Part shown: positions 10,596 through 20,109 of the stretch, piece by piece
How positions within the stretch are numbered: the first letter of the stretch is position 1
How the letters are laid out: each line of letters opens with the position of its first letter
Source of the DNA: Polyangiales bacterium
GTDB taxonomy: Bacteria > Myxococcota_A > Polyangia > Polyangiales > Ga0077539
Reading direction: 5' to 3'
Assembly: GCA_044229975.1 (NCBI GenBank)
Contig: JBGARZ010000003.1
Coordinates: 224,001-288,000 of the forward strand
DNA: 64,000 nt
Notes under the pieces: generated by a model
The model's database searches: none
Seen by the model: only the letters and a program-made list of their open reading frames with translations
What the model was told of the DNA's origin: nothing
Program-made: the position numbers and the translations under genes

Positions 10596-11477
10596 TCAGC
10601 GCGCGCCGGTGGAGAGGCGCAGCTCCTTGAGCTCGCCCGCGCGCACCACGCGCACCGTCACGCTGGCGCGCACCCGACCGTCGAGCGCGGCGACGAGGTC
10701 GCCCGGGCGCTCGACGGGCTGACCGTCCAACGCGAGCAGCAGGTCACCCAGCAGCACGCCGCCGGTCTCGGCCGGGCCGCCCGGTTCGAGCGCCGCCACG
10801 AGCAGTCCGCGACGCTGCCCCGCGGCCTCCACCAGCGCCTCGCTCACCCGCCCCGGAACCACCTCCACGCCCAGGTACCCGCGCCCGACCTTCCCGTTGG
10901 CCGCGAGCTCAGGGACCATCCGTCGCAGCGTCTCGGTCGGGATCGTTCCGCCGCCGCGACCGAGGCCCGCGGTGTTCATCCCGAGGAGCTGCCCGCGCGC
11001 GTTGGCGAGCGCGCCGCCCGAGAACCCGCGCGGCAGCGAGCCATCGACCTCGATGTACCGATCGATGCTCCCGCCCGCCATGGTGCGAAAGCCATCGCCC
11101 ACCGCCGAGACCATGCCGAGGGTCGCGCGAGCGCTCTTGCCCGGCCGACCCAGCGTCAACACGAGGTGGCCCACCTTCACGCCCGCCGTGTCGCTCCACT
11201 CGGGCGACGGGAGGTCCGTCGCGTCGACCTTGAGCACGGCGAGGTCGGTTCCGCGGTCGCGGCCGAGCACCTTCGCGGGGAGCGTCCGCCCGTCGCCGAG
11301 CGCGACCTCCAACGACTCCCTGCCCTCCAGCGCGTGGGCGGCCGTCACCAGCCAGCCCTCACCACCGAACACCACCGCGGACGACGACGAGCACCGCCCG
11401 TCGACCCGCGCCACGCTCGCCCCGCCGCGGGCCACCGCCGCCGCCATCGATTCAGAAACCTGTTCGAGATCGCTCAT
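10596..11477 (-). CDS. S1C (trypsin-like) serine protease with PDZ domain, no signal peptide
   Basis: Triad motifs VTAAH, TDLAVL, GFSGG; PDZ GYLGV...GGPAE...GD. Confidence 0.88.
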   Translation of the reverse strand: MSDLEQVSESMAAAVARGGASVARVDGRCSSSSAVVFGGEGWLVTAAHALEGRESLEVALGDGRTLPAKVLGRDRGTDLAVLKVDATDLPSPEWSDTAGVKVGHLVLTLGRPGKSARATLGMVSAVGDGFRTMAGGSIDRYIEVDGSLPRGFSGGALANARGQLLGMNTAGLGRGGGTIPTETLRRMVPELAANGKVGRGYLGVEVVPGRVSEALVEAAGQRRGLLVAALEPGGPAETGGVLLGDLLLALDGQPVERPGDLVAALDGRVRASVTVRVVRAGELKELRLSTGAR

Positions 11478-11550
11478 GGACTTGCTTGTTCTTTCTGCGA
11501 CCGAGCACCGTGGGTCACGACGTGGAAGGTGACGATGGTTCGCAGGCCCA

Positions 11551-11594
11551 ACCATCGCCCGATGGTCGAGCGGGCGCGCCGCCCGATGGGGGAG
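11551..11594. promoter_or_regulatory. Repeated semi-palindromic sites between the protease and LuxR genes
   Basis: CGCCCGATGGnnGAG at 11556 and 11580 (24-bp period); also the dyad ACCATCG-CC-CGATGGT at 11551-11566. Confidence 0.45.
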
Positions 11595-11661
11595 GTCGCG
11601 CCCTGCCCGAAGGTGCAGGTCGCCTTGACCCTGGTGCGGCAGTGGCCACGCTCACGGGCCG

Positions 11662-12315
11662 ATGCGCGTCCGCCCCGAGCTCCTCGATGCCGATGCTCCG
11701 CTGCGGGTGTGCGTGCTCTCCGACGACGCCATCGCCCGCGCGGGGCTGACGGGCATCCTCGCGAGCGACGGGCTCGCGGTCGACAGCGCGCGCCTCACCA
11801 CCGACCTCGACGGCGCCCTCGACGATCACCTGGCCGACGTCCTCCTGCTCGACCCCGGCGCCGACCCCGCGCGGGCCTCGGCGTGGCTCGACACGCTGCG
11901 ACCGACGGAGGTTCCGGCGGTGGCGCTGCTGGTGGATGCGACGCGGCTCGACGAGGTGTTTGCGCTCGGGGTGCTGGGCGCCCTCCCCCGCGATGCGTCG
12001 GCCGCGGCGGTGCGCGCGGCGCTGACATCGGCGGCGCGTGGGCTCGTGGTGATGGACGCGGGCTTCTTCCGTGGGAGGTCAGCGCCGACGGGCGAGCGTC
12101 GCTCGACGGAGCCGATGGACGCGCTCACGCCGCGGGAGGTCGAGGTGCTCGCGCTGCTGGCGACGGGCATGCCCAACAAGCTCATCGCGCATCACCTGGG
12201 CATCAGCGAGCACACGGCGAAGTTTCACGTGACGGCGGTGATGGGGAAGCTGGGCGCGCAGAGCCGCACCGACGCGGTGATCCGGGCGGCGCGGCGGGGG
12301 ATGGTCTCGCTCTGA
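11662..12315 (+). CDS. NarL/LuxR family response regulator with atypical receiver
   Basis: LTPREVEVLALLATGMPNKLIAHHLGISEHTAKFHV HTH; receiver SDD...LLD, with R in place of the conserved Lys. Confidence 0.9.
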   Translation: MRVRPELLDADAPLRVCVLSDDAIARAGLTGILASDGLAVDSARLTTDLDGALDDHLADVLLLDPGADPARASAWLDTLRPTEVPAVALLVDATRLDEVFALGVLGALPRDASAAAVRAALTSAARGLVVMDAGFFRGRSAPTGERRSTEPMDALTPREVEVLALLATGMPNKLIAHHLGISEHTAKFHVTAVMGKLGAQSRTDAVIRAARRGMVSL

Positions 12316-12336
12316 TTTGTGGGGTAGGGAGCGGCC

Positions 12337-12738
12337 GTGTTCACGGTCAGCGAAGAAGTGCGGTTCTGTTACGGCCACCGGTTGATGGACTACGTCGGCC
12401 GGTGCGCGCGGATCCACGGTCACAACGCCCGGGTCGAGCTGGTGCTCGCCGCGAAGACGCTCGACCGGCGCGGCTTCGTCATGGACTTCGGCGACCTCGA
12501 AGAGACCGCGAAGCGCTTCGTCGACGACACCCTCGACCATCGGCTGCTGCTGCGTCGCGACGACCCGGTGATTCCGTCGCTCGAAGCGGCGGGTGAAGTC
12601 TTCGTGGCGCTCGATGGAAACCCGACGGCGGAGTTTCTGGCGAAGTATCTGTTCGATGAGCTGACGGCGCGGGGGCTGCCGCTCAAGGCCGTGCGCTTCT
12701 GGGAGACCGAGACCAGCGTCGCGACCTACGAGCCGTAG
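12337..12738 (+). CDS. queD: 6-carboxytetrahydropterin / 6-pyruvoyl-tetrahydropterin synthase family
   Basis: GHRL, CARIHGHN, MDFG, LDH, NPTAE and WET motifs. Confidence 0.88.
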   Translation: MFTVSEEVRFCYGHRLMDYVGRCARIHGHNARVELVLAAKTLDRRGFVMDFGDLEETAKRFVDDTLDHRLLLRRDDPVIPSLEAAGEVFVALDGNPTAEFLAKYLFDELTARGLPLKAVRFWETETSVATYEP

Positions 12739-13034
12739 GACCACGCGCGCTTCGGCGCCCTCTTCCGAGACGCGGCACGTCCCCGGTTCGAGCGCCGACG
12801 CGTACGACGCGGAGCAGCGACGACGAGCGCCCCGCCGCGGACCGCGACCTCCCTGGGCAGCGTGAGCAAGTCGCGCGATCCATCAGGCTCCGCGAGGGGC
12901 AGCGCGCGCACGAGGGCGTCGGCTTCACCTGCCGTGAGCCGTGCGGCGAGAGTTCGGGTGTCCCACGTCGCCGTGCCCGCATCGAGGGCGGCCCGCGCAC
13001 CGTCGTCGGGCGCCACCGTCCATCCGTGGGACAT
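12726..13034 (-). CDS. Possible short hypothetical protein
   Basis: Fills the ~350-bp gap between queD and the nucleotidyltransferase (MSHGWTVAPDD...); overlaps the queD 3' end; no recognisable motif. Confidence 0.3.
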   Translation of the reverse strand: MSHGWTVAPDDGARAALDAGTATWDTRTLAARLTAGEADALVRALPLAEPDGSRDLLTLPREVAVRGGALVVAAPRRTRRRSNRGRAASRKRAPKRAWSYGS

Positions 13035-13101
13035 GAGAGCGTCGGTGACCGTCACCTTCGGAGTCGCCGCGGCGTCGGCGAGGCGGTACCGTCGACCCGC
13101 G

Positions 13102-13560
13102 ATGGATCTCTTCGACGAGTTCAGCGCGATCATCGCGACGCTTGAAGACGCTGGGGTCCCCTACGCCGTCTGCGGTGGGATGGCGATGGCGATTCATGGG
13201 TTCCCGCGCGCCACCGTGGACGTCGATCTGCTGGTTCCGCTGGATGCGGCGGAGCGCGTCTTCTCGTCGGTGCGCCCGCTTGGCTATGACCTCGTCGCAG
13301 ACCCGATGACCTTCGCAGATGGTGCGGTCGAGATGCGGCGTGTGACGAAGATCGACCCCTCGGCGGGAGATCTCCTCAGCCTCGACCTCGTGCTGGTCAC
13401 CCCAGCGGCAGCGGCATCGTGGGAGTCGCGGATGCGTGTCTCGTGGGAGCGCGGTGCCCTTACCGTGGTGTCGCGCGCCGGCCTCGTCGCCTTGAAGAAG
13501 CTTCGGGGCTCAGGCCAGGATCAGGACGACATCCGCAACCTGGAGAGCGTCGATCCGTGA
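13102..13560 (+). CDS. Minimal nucleotidyltransferase (AbiEii/DUF6036-like, Pol-beta superfamily)
   Basis: YAVCGGMAMAIHGFPRATVDVDLLV and C-terminal LKK..G..QDQDD. Confidence 0.85.
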   Translation: MDLFDEFSAIIATLEDAGVPYAVCGGMAMAIHGFPRATVDVDLLVPLDAAERVFSSVRPLGYDLVADPMTFADGAVEMRRVTKIDPSAGDLLSLDLVLVTPAAAASWESRMRVSWERGALTVVSRAGLVALKKLRGSGQDQDDIRNLESVDP

Positions 13561-13784
13561 GCGTCAGCATGTCGTCCCACGACGTCACCATGCGCCTGCG
13601 TCGCGTCTCGCAGTTGCGACGTCTCTGCCTCGCCCTCGCGCGGAGTCGCCCCATCGGTCCGCTCGGCGTCGACCCCATCGCGAAGACCGATGCAGGTGCG
13701 GTGCTGCCGGTGAGCGCGGCGACTCCAGTCGCGGAAGTTGTTGAGGCAGCTCGCACGCGGTCGACGATCGAAAACGGCGGGTAG
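13557..13784 (+). CDS. Small basic protein translationally coupled to the nucleotidyltransferase
   Basis: GTGA start/stop overlap at 13557-13560; MSSHDVTMRLRRVSQLRRLCLALARS amphipathic helix. Confidence 0.55.
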   Translation: MSVSMSSHDVTMRLRRVSQLRRLCLALARSRPIGPLGVDPIAKTDAGAVLPVSAATPVAEVVEAARTRSTIENGG

Positions 13785-13845
13785 GGAAACGCCCCGGTCA
13801 CGCCCGCCGTCCAGTCGCCGCAACGCGAGATGGTAGCCTCGCGGG

Positions 13846-14403
13846 ATGCGACACGTCGTGGCGCTCGCGGGGTGGTTGGTGGTGGCGCTTCCTGGTCGTC
13901 CCGCTGACGCTCAACATCGGCGCCGTCCGCACCATCGCGCGGAGCTGCACGCCGACGCAGCGATCTTCCGCCGTTGCGGGCCGCCAGTCCGCGAACCCAG
14001 GACGGCACGCGACATCGATCCGGTTTTCGTGGCCGGGATGGCGGAACTCCTCATGAGGGACCCCGCCAGGCGGTACCGCTGGCCTCCGACGTCGCCCTGC
14101 TTCCGCGAGCAGGAGGAACGGCTGCGGCTGGACCGTGCCATCCCAGCGTTCTACGGCACCCGCGTGGTGCTCACCTGCTGGCAGAACGTGATCCGGTTGG
14201 ACCCGTCCGTGCGCGATACGACGGTCCGCATTGCGCTGGCCGTCGACCCGTCGGGAGCCGTCACCGTCGCCAGGGTCGCCGGCAGCCCCGACCCGCGCTT
14301 CGACGCGTGTCTCAACGCGCTTCCCCGCACCCCCGTCCCCTCCGTCGGGCCTGGGCCGCAAGCCGAAGCCGAGGTCACGGTGCACCTCACGAGGGGCGGG
14401 TGA
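13846..14403 (+). CDS. Secreted protein with AgmX/PglI-C (TonB C-terminal-like) domain
   Basis: Signal peptide ending ADAQ; C-terminal CW.....DP..R..VRIAL.VDPSG.V...FDACL. Confidence 0.6.
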   Translation: MRHVVALAGWLVVALPGRPADAQHRRRPHHRAELHADAAIFRRCGPPVREPRTARDIDPVFVAGMAELLMRDPARRYRWPPTSPCFREQEERLRLDRAIPAFYGTRVVLTCWQNVIRLDPSVRDTTVRIALAVDPSGAVTVARVAGSPDPRFDACLNALPRTPVPSVGPGPQAEAEVTVHLTRGG

Positions 14404-14452
14404 ACGTGATCGAGGTGAAGAGCGAAGGTGCCTGCATCCGAGCGCAGTTCCG

Positions 14453-14902
14453 TCACTCGATGTCGGCGAGGTCGACGCTCGTCCCGATGCGCTCGCACTC
14501 CAGCCGGAGCGCGGCCTTGTCGAGCAACCCCATCCGATGGCCCCGCAGCAGGAACCGGTAGCCCGCGTCGCGCAGCCGCCGCCGCGCCGCTTCGACCTCG
14601 CGCGCGTTGATCAAGACCGGCGGCGTCGGCGGCTCCAGCTCGGTAGCGAACTCGCACCTGCCACGGCACTGCGCGCAAAGGGTGCCGACCACGACCTTGT
14701 GCGCCGCCACCCACTGCGCCTGGGCGTCGCGCATGCGCGCGAAGCGGCGCGGATAGCCGTCGAGTACGGCGAGCGCGTGGCGCACCTCGTCCATCCAGAA
14801 CTCCAGGTTCGCCAACTGCCCGACCACCTGATACCCGAACGCGGTGGTGAACTTCTCGAGCTGCGCGGCGAGGTCGTCGGCGCGATCGATCGTGTAGGCC
14901 AT
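14453..14902 (-). CDS. Hypothetical protein with CxxCxxxC motif
   Basis: GC3-rich ORF with normal composition; GQLANLEFWMDEV and LCAQCRGRCEF. Confidence 0.7.
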   Translation of the reverse strand: MAYTIDRADDLAAQLEKFTTAFGYQVVGQLANLEFWMDEVRHALAVLDGYPRRFARMRDAQAQWVAAHKVVVGTLCAQCRGRCEFATELEPPTPPVLINAREVEAARRRLRDAGYRFLLRGHRMGLLDKAALRLECERIGTSVDLADIE

Positions 14903-14956
14903 GGCGACGCGGATGTTGCCACGGCGAGCGCCGCGGTCGGCGTCGCGCGCCTAGTC

Positions 14957-15766
14957 TCAGTGCCGATGATGGCGGTGTCGGCGTCGGGGCTCTTCTTCGG
15001 CACGCACAACCGGCGCGGCGACAGGCGCCATCGGCGGCTGATAGACCGGCGCGGCCGGAGGCGCGGCGACCATCGGCGCCTGGTTGACGTGGGCCGTTGG
15101 GGTCGCGCTCATCGAAGGTTGCGCGGCGGCGCTCGGGGGCGAGGACGGACTCGTGAACGACGGCAACGAATCCTTGAGCAGCGCGACGGCGACCAGGCCC
15201 ACCTGGAGTGCGATCAGCACGCCGGGCACGGCGAAGATCTTCCACGCGGGCGTCCGCCCCAGCGTCACGGCCGGACCGCCGCTCGCGTCCACGCCCATCA
15301 CGTTCTTCCCGCCGTCGGCGTTGACCTGGGCGAAGGCTGACGCGTAGCGACCGGAGTCGAACCACAAGGTGTACTCGGTCGCGTAGAAGCCCTCCATCTT
15401 CACGGGCGCGCCCATGCACTCGCACGACTGCCCGCGGCCCGCGCGAGCGGCTGCCTTGCGCCACAGGTAGAACGCGAGAGCGAAGGGGAACCACAGCGTG
15501 ATGAGCGGGAACAACCCCGTGCAGGCCATCGCGATGACGATGATGCCGTTGACGATGAGATGCCGCGTGAGGTCGGGCTCGGTCTCGCAGTGCCGCTTGC
15601 ACGCCTGACAGATGCGGAACTCGAAGGCCCGCGTCGTGGTGTGGACGACCCGCTTGCCACGCGACTTCGACGCGGACGCGACGATGCCGACCTCGGCCTG
15701 GTACCCGCAACACAGGCAGAAATGCGGGAGCAGGATGTTGTTCGCGGAGATCTGCACGCGGGGCAT
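14957..15766 (-). CDS. Membrane protein with N-terminal Zn-ribbon-like Cys motifs and Pro-rich tail
   Basis: CLCCG...ICQACKRHC; about three hydrophobic segments; SD AGGAGG. Confidence 0.75.
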   Translation of the reverse strand: MPRVQISANNILLPHFCLCCGYQAEVGIVASASKSRGKRVVHTTTRAFEFRICQACKRHCETEPDLTRHLIVNGIIVIAMACTGLFPLITLWFPFALAFYLWRKAAARAGRGQSCECMGAPVKMEGFYATEYTLWFDSGRYASAFAQVNADGGKNVMGVDASGGPAVTLGRTPAWKIFAVPGVLIALQVGLVAVALLKDSLPSFTSPSSPPSAAAQPSMSATPTAHVNQAPMVAAPPAAPVYQPPMAPVAAPVVRAEEEPRRRHRHHRH

Positions 15767-15851
15767 TGGGGATGGTCCCTCCTGACCCGAGACGCTACCG
15801 CAGACGTCCGCGGATGACGCTGGCTACGAGCGGGGATTGGCGCGACGGCGG

Positions 15852-16456
15852 TTACCGGTCGCGGAAGCTGGCGTCGAAGGCGCCGGAGCCGCCACCCGCA
15901 TCGCGAACTCCGATGTTGCAGTCGAGGCACCAGCTCGTGACGTAGTTTGGCCCGTAGCAGACGACGTCACCGTCAACACAGTGGCAGCCACGGATGACGT
16001 CGGTTCGCGGGAAACTGCGTTCGAGCGTGGGGCACGGGCCGCGCAGGTGCAGCGTGACCTGCGTGTCGAACTCGCAGGACGGCGCGAAGTTGCAGCACGC
16101 GCGGATGGTGTCGCAGGTGTCTGGACCGGAGAACCCGTGCCCGATCGCGATGGCGGTTGGACAGTTCGTCGCGGGGTTGAGTCCGAGGATCGTGGGGAGG
16201 CTCTCGTCGATCGAGGGACACTGAAGCGGAACAAGCGGCCCCGGTCGCTCGGTAGCAGCACGGTGTCCACCGCCCTCCGGTCCGATAGCGCCACGTCGAC
16301 CGCATCAATGGCGCTGCGTTCGTCGACCACATCGATCACATCGATCATGTGGCCTCCGTCGAACCCGGGCGCCTCTTCGCCCAGGGACGCATCGGTCGGA
16401 GGAGGCGCCCCACCGCACGCCGCCATCGCGGCCAGCGCCCCTGCCACACCGAACAT
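15852..16456 (-). pseudogene. Cys-rich lipoprotein gene split by a 1-nt frameshift near 16239-16242
   Basis: The N-terminal frame has lipobox MAAC and a DA-rich linker; a different frame with no start codon continues PLVPLQCPSID...CCNFAPSC...CHCVDGDVVC...WCLDC...RDAGG to TAA at 15852. Confidence 0.65.
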
Positions 16457-16480
16457 CCCCCGAGGCCCGGCGCGTCCGCA

Positions 16481-17581
<1,101 letters not shown>

Positions 17582-17673
17582 CGTGCCCACGGGTCTACAC
17601 CAGCGGGGCACCGCTCGCACCAAAGCTCTCCGCGTTGACGCCGAAGGTCGCGCGCGGTTACTCGCTCCCCATC

Positions 17674-18447
17674 GTGAAGAACGCCCCCGACGAACGACTC
17701 TCCCCGTGGCTCCGCGAGGCCGTGACTTGCGAGGTGGCGGTGGCCCTCGACGACGTGGTGACCCTCGACGCGCGCAACACCGCGCGGCTCCAGTATCGGG
17801 GCGTCAATGCGAAGGAGGCGTTCACGCTGCGCGACGGGGTGGGGCGCTTCTTCCGGGCGTCGCTGCGCGCGTACGAAGGAGCGGTTGCGACGGCGCTCGC
17901 CTACGAGGCGATGGAGGCCGACCCGGAGCCGCCGGTGGCGATCACGTTGTTCAATGCTGTTCCGCAGCGGCAGCGGATGTTGTGGGTGGTGCAGAAGGCG
18001 GCCGAGCTCGGGGCGACGGCGATACAGCCGGTGTTCACCGTGCGCTCGGTGCAGGCCGACGGGCTCGCGCACGAGAAGGCCCACGCGTGGCCAGGACAGG
18101 CCATCAAGGGGTCACGACAGTGCCGACGCGCCATCGTGCCCGAGGTGATGCGCGCGCTCTCGCTGGCCGATGCGCTCAAGACTCCGGCGTGGACGGAGGC
18201 GTCGCTGCGGGTGGTGGTCGATGACCGCGCCGAGGCCGCGGTGGTGACCTCCGCGGAGGCGCCGACGCGCCTCGCGCTGATGGTCGGGCCGGAGGGTGGG
18301 TTCAATGCTGCCGAGCGCGAGATGATGCGCGAGGCGGGGGCGGCGATGTGGCGGTTGGGGGCGCGCGTGATGCGAGCGGAGACGGCGTCCATCGCGGGGC
18401 TGGTGGTGTTGCAGCACCGCTTCGGCGACCTGACGGTCGCGGGGTAG
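17674..18447 (+). CDS. rsmE: 16S rRNA m3U1498 methyltransferase
   Basis: QKAAELGA, QCRR, VGPEGGF, LGARVMRAETA; start uncertain. Confidence 0.9.
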   Translation: MKNAPDERLSPWLREAVTCEVAVALDDVVTLDARNTARLQYRGVNAKEAFTLRDGVGRFFRASLRAYEGAVATALAYEAMEADPEPPVAITLFNAVPQRQRMLWVVQKAAELGATAIQPVFTVRSVQADGLAHEKAHAWPGQAIKGSRQCRRAIVPEVMRALSLADALKTPAWTEASLRVVVDDRAEAAVVTSAEAPTRLALMVGPEGGFNAAEREMMREAGAAMWRLGARVMRAETASIAGLVVLQHRFGDLTVAG

Positions 18448-18452
18448 ACCGA

Positions 18453-19385
18453 CTACGGCGGCGGGGCGATGGGCGCGCAGGTGGAGACGCCGGCACCGAC
18501 GATGCGGAAACCGATGTCGACCATGTACCGCGGGTCGACGGAACCATCGGACGGGCGGTAGCGCGTGACGTTGCTGGTGCGGCCCAGCGCGGGCGCCGTG
18601 TAGAGGAAGAAGTCGCCGCCCCAGAACGAGAACGCCCACGCGGACGGCGTCTCGACGCCGGCGAGGGCCTGGGTGCTGATGATGGTTCCGGTGGTCTTGT
18701 CGATCTGCGCGACCTGCACGGGCGTGGTCGTGAAGAAGCCGTAGAGACGGCCGTCTCCGGTGCCCGTGAGCTCGGCGTCGCGCCCGCGCAGCGCACCCGA
18801 GAACTGCCCGATGGGGACGAGCGTCGGCGGATCGACGCGGCCGAGGCCCTGCGTACCGCTGCCCGTCCCGGTGACGAAGAGCGCCTCCTGCGGGTCGTCG
18901 ATGCCCGCCGTGGAGAAGCCCATCCCGAGGCGATACCAGCCCGCCGGGAGGCCGATGCCCGCGCCGGGGATGCAGCTCGCGTCGCTGGTGTTGACACGGA
19001 AGATCGCGCCCGCGCTGTCACCGAAATCCGAGAGCACGTAGTTGACCCACGCGACGGCGTTGCGATCGATGGCCATGGAGTTGGGGCGCATCTGGCCGCC
19101 GCCACACGTCATGCGGCCGATGCGCGTGAACTCGCGGCGGTTGGGGCGGAAGCTGTAGAGGTCGTTCTCGTCGGAGAGCACGTAGACGAGCTGCGCGGCC
19201 TCGCTGCACCCGGGAGCAAACCCGGAGTCGCGCTGCGGAATCGGACGGATCGCTCCATCGGCGAGGGTGGCGCCCGCGTCGACGGCTCCGTTGACCGACC
19301 CGCCGTCGGCGAGGAAGAGGGTCCGGGTCTGATCCGCGCACCCGAGCAGGGTTGTGATGAGGAAGGGAAACAGCAGTGCGCGCAT
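18453..19385 (-). CDS. Myxobacterial lipoprotein of unknown function, probable beta-propeller
   Basis: Lipobox LLGC; SMAIDR, GMGF, AELTGTGDGRLYGFF, WAFSFWGGDF, IVGAGVSTCAP. Confidence 0.8.
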   Translation of the reverse strand: MRALLFPFLITTLLGCADQTRTLFLADGGSVNGAVDAGATLADGAIRPIPQRDSGFAPGCSEAAQLVYVLSDENDLYSFRPNRREFTRIGRMTCGGGQMRPNSMAIDRNAVAWVNYVLSDFGDSAGAIFRVNTSDASCIPGAGIGLPAGWYRLGMGFSTAGIDDPQEALFVTGTGSGTQGLGRVDPPTLVPIGQFSGALRGRDAELTGTGDGRLYGFFTTTPVQVAQIDKTTGTIISTQALAGVETPSAWAFSFWGGDFFLYTAPALGRTSNVTRYRPSDGSVDPRYMVDIGFRIVGAGVSTCAPIAPPP

Positions 19386-19467
19386 GGCATCGGAATGTCC
19401 CCGAGCCGTCGCCCGGGCGTCAAGCAGAGTTGGCGCGCGGCGTCATCGCGGTATCGTCGCGTCCCCG

Positions 19468-20070
19468 ATGGGCGACCCGCGGCTGACCGCCCTGCAGACC
19501 GACCGGAGCAACGAGGCGATCCTCACGGTGCTCCGCCGCGCGCTGCCCGACCGCGGCCTCGTGCTCGAGCTCGCCAGCGGCGACGGCGGCCGCACCGTCT
19601 TCCTCGGGGCGACGTTTCCGCGGCTGGAGTGGCAGCCCTCGGAGGCCGACGCCGAGGCCCGCGCCCAGATCGCCGCGGCCGTGCTCTCCAGCGGTCGGCG
19701 CAACGTCCACATGCCGCTGGAGCTCGACGTCACCGAGGCCCCGTGGCCGCTCTCCGAAGCCGAAGCGCTGCTCTGTGTCGACCTCCTCCACTGCGCGCAC
19801 TGGGACGCCTGCATCGGGCTCCTCGATGGGGCGCGGGTGCTGTTGCCCGACGGCGGTCCATTGGTGATCCACGGACCGATGCGGGTGGGGGCGGGCCCAT
19901 CGCCCCGGCTCGATGACCTCGACCAGGCGCTGCGGGAGCTCGACCCCGACTGGGGCGTGCGGCGCCTCGACGAGGTCGTGCGCGCGGCGTCGAAGCGCAA
20001 GCTGCGGCTGGAGGAGTTCTCCGGCGGGGACGAGGTCGGCGCGACGTTGGTGCTGCGCCGCGACCTGTAA
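19468..20070 (+). CDS. DUF938 family SAM-dependent methyltransferase-like protein
   Basis: VLELASGDG, WQPSE, PLELDV, HGP, DQALRELDPDWGVR. Confidence 0.85.
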   Translation: MGDPRLTALQTDRSNEAILTVLRRALPDRGLVLELASGDGGRTVFLGATFPRLEWQPSEADAEARAQIAAAVLSSGRRNVHMPLELDVTEAPWPLSEAEALLCVDLLHCAHWDACIGLLDGARVLLPDGGPLVIHGPMRVGAGPSPRLDDLDQALRELDPDWGVRRLDEVVRAASKRKLRLEEFSGGDEVGATLVLRRDL

Positions 20071-20109
20071 CGCGTTTGTCCTACAACCCGGGGCGGACAT
20101 CCCCATAGG

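Noticed and set aside
12337..12738. queD as part of a 7-deazaguanine DNA-modification (Dpd) island
   Set aside because: No queC, queE, folE or dpdA nearby
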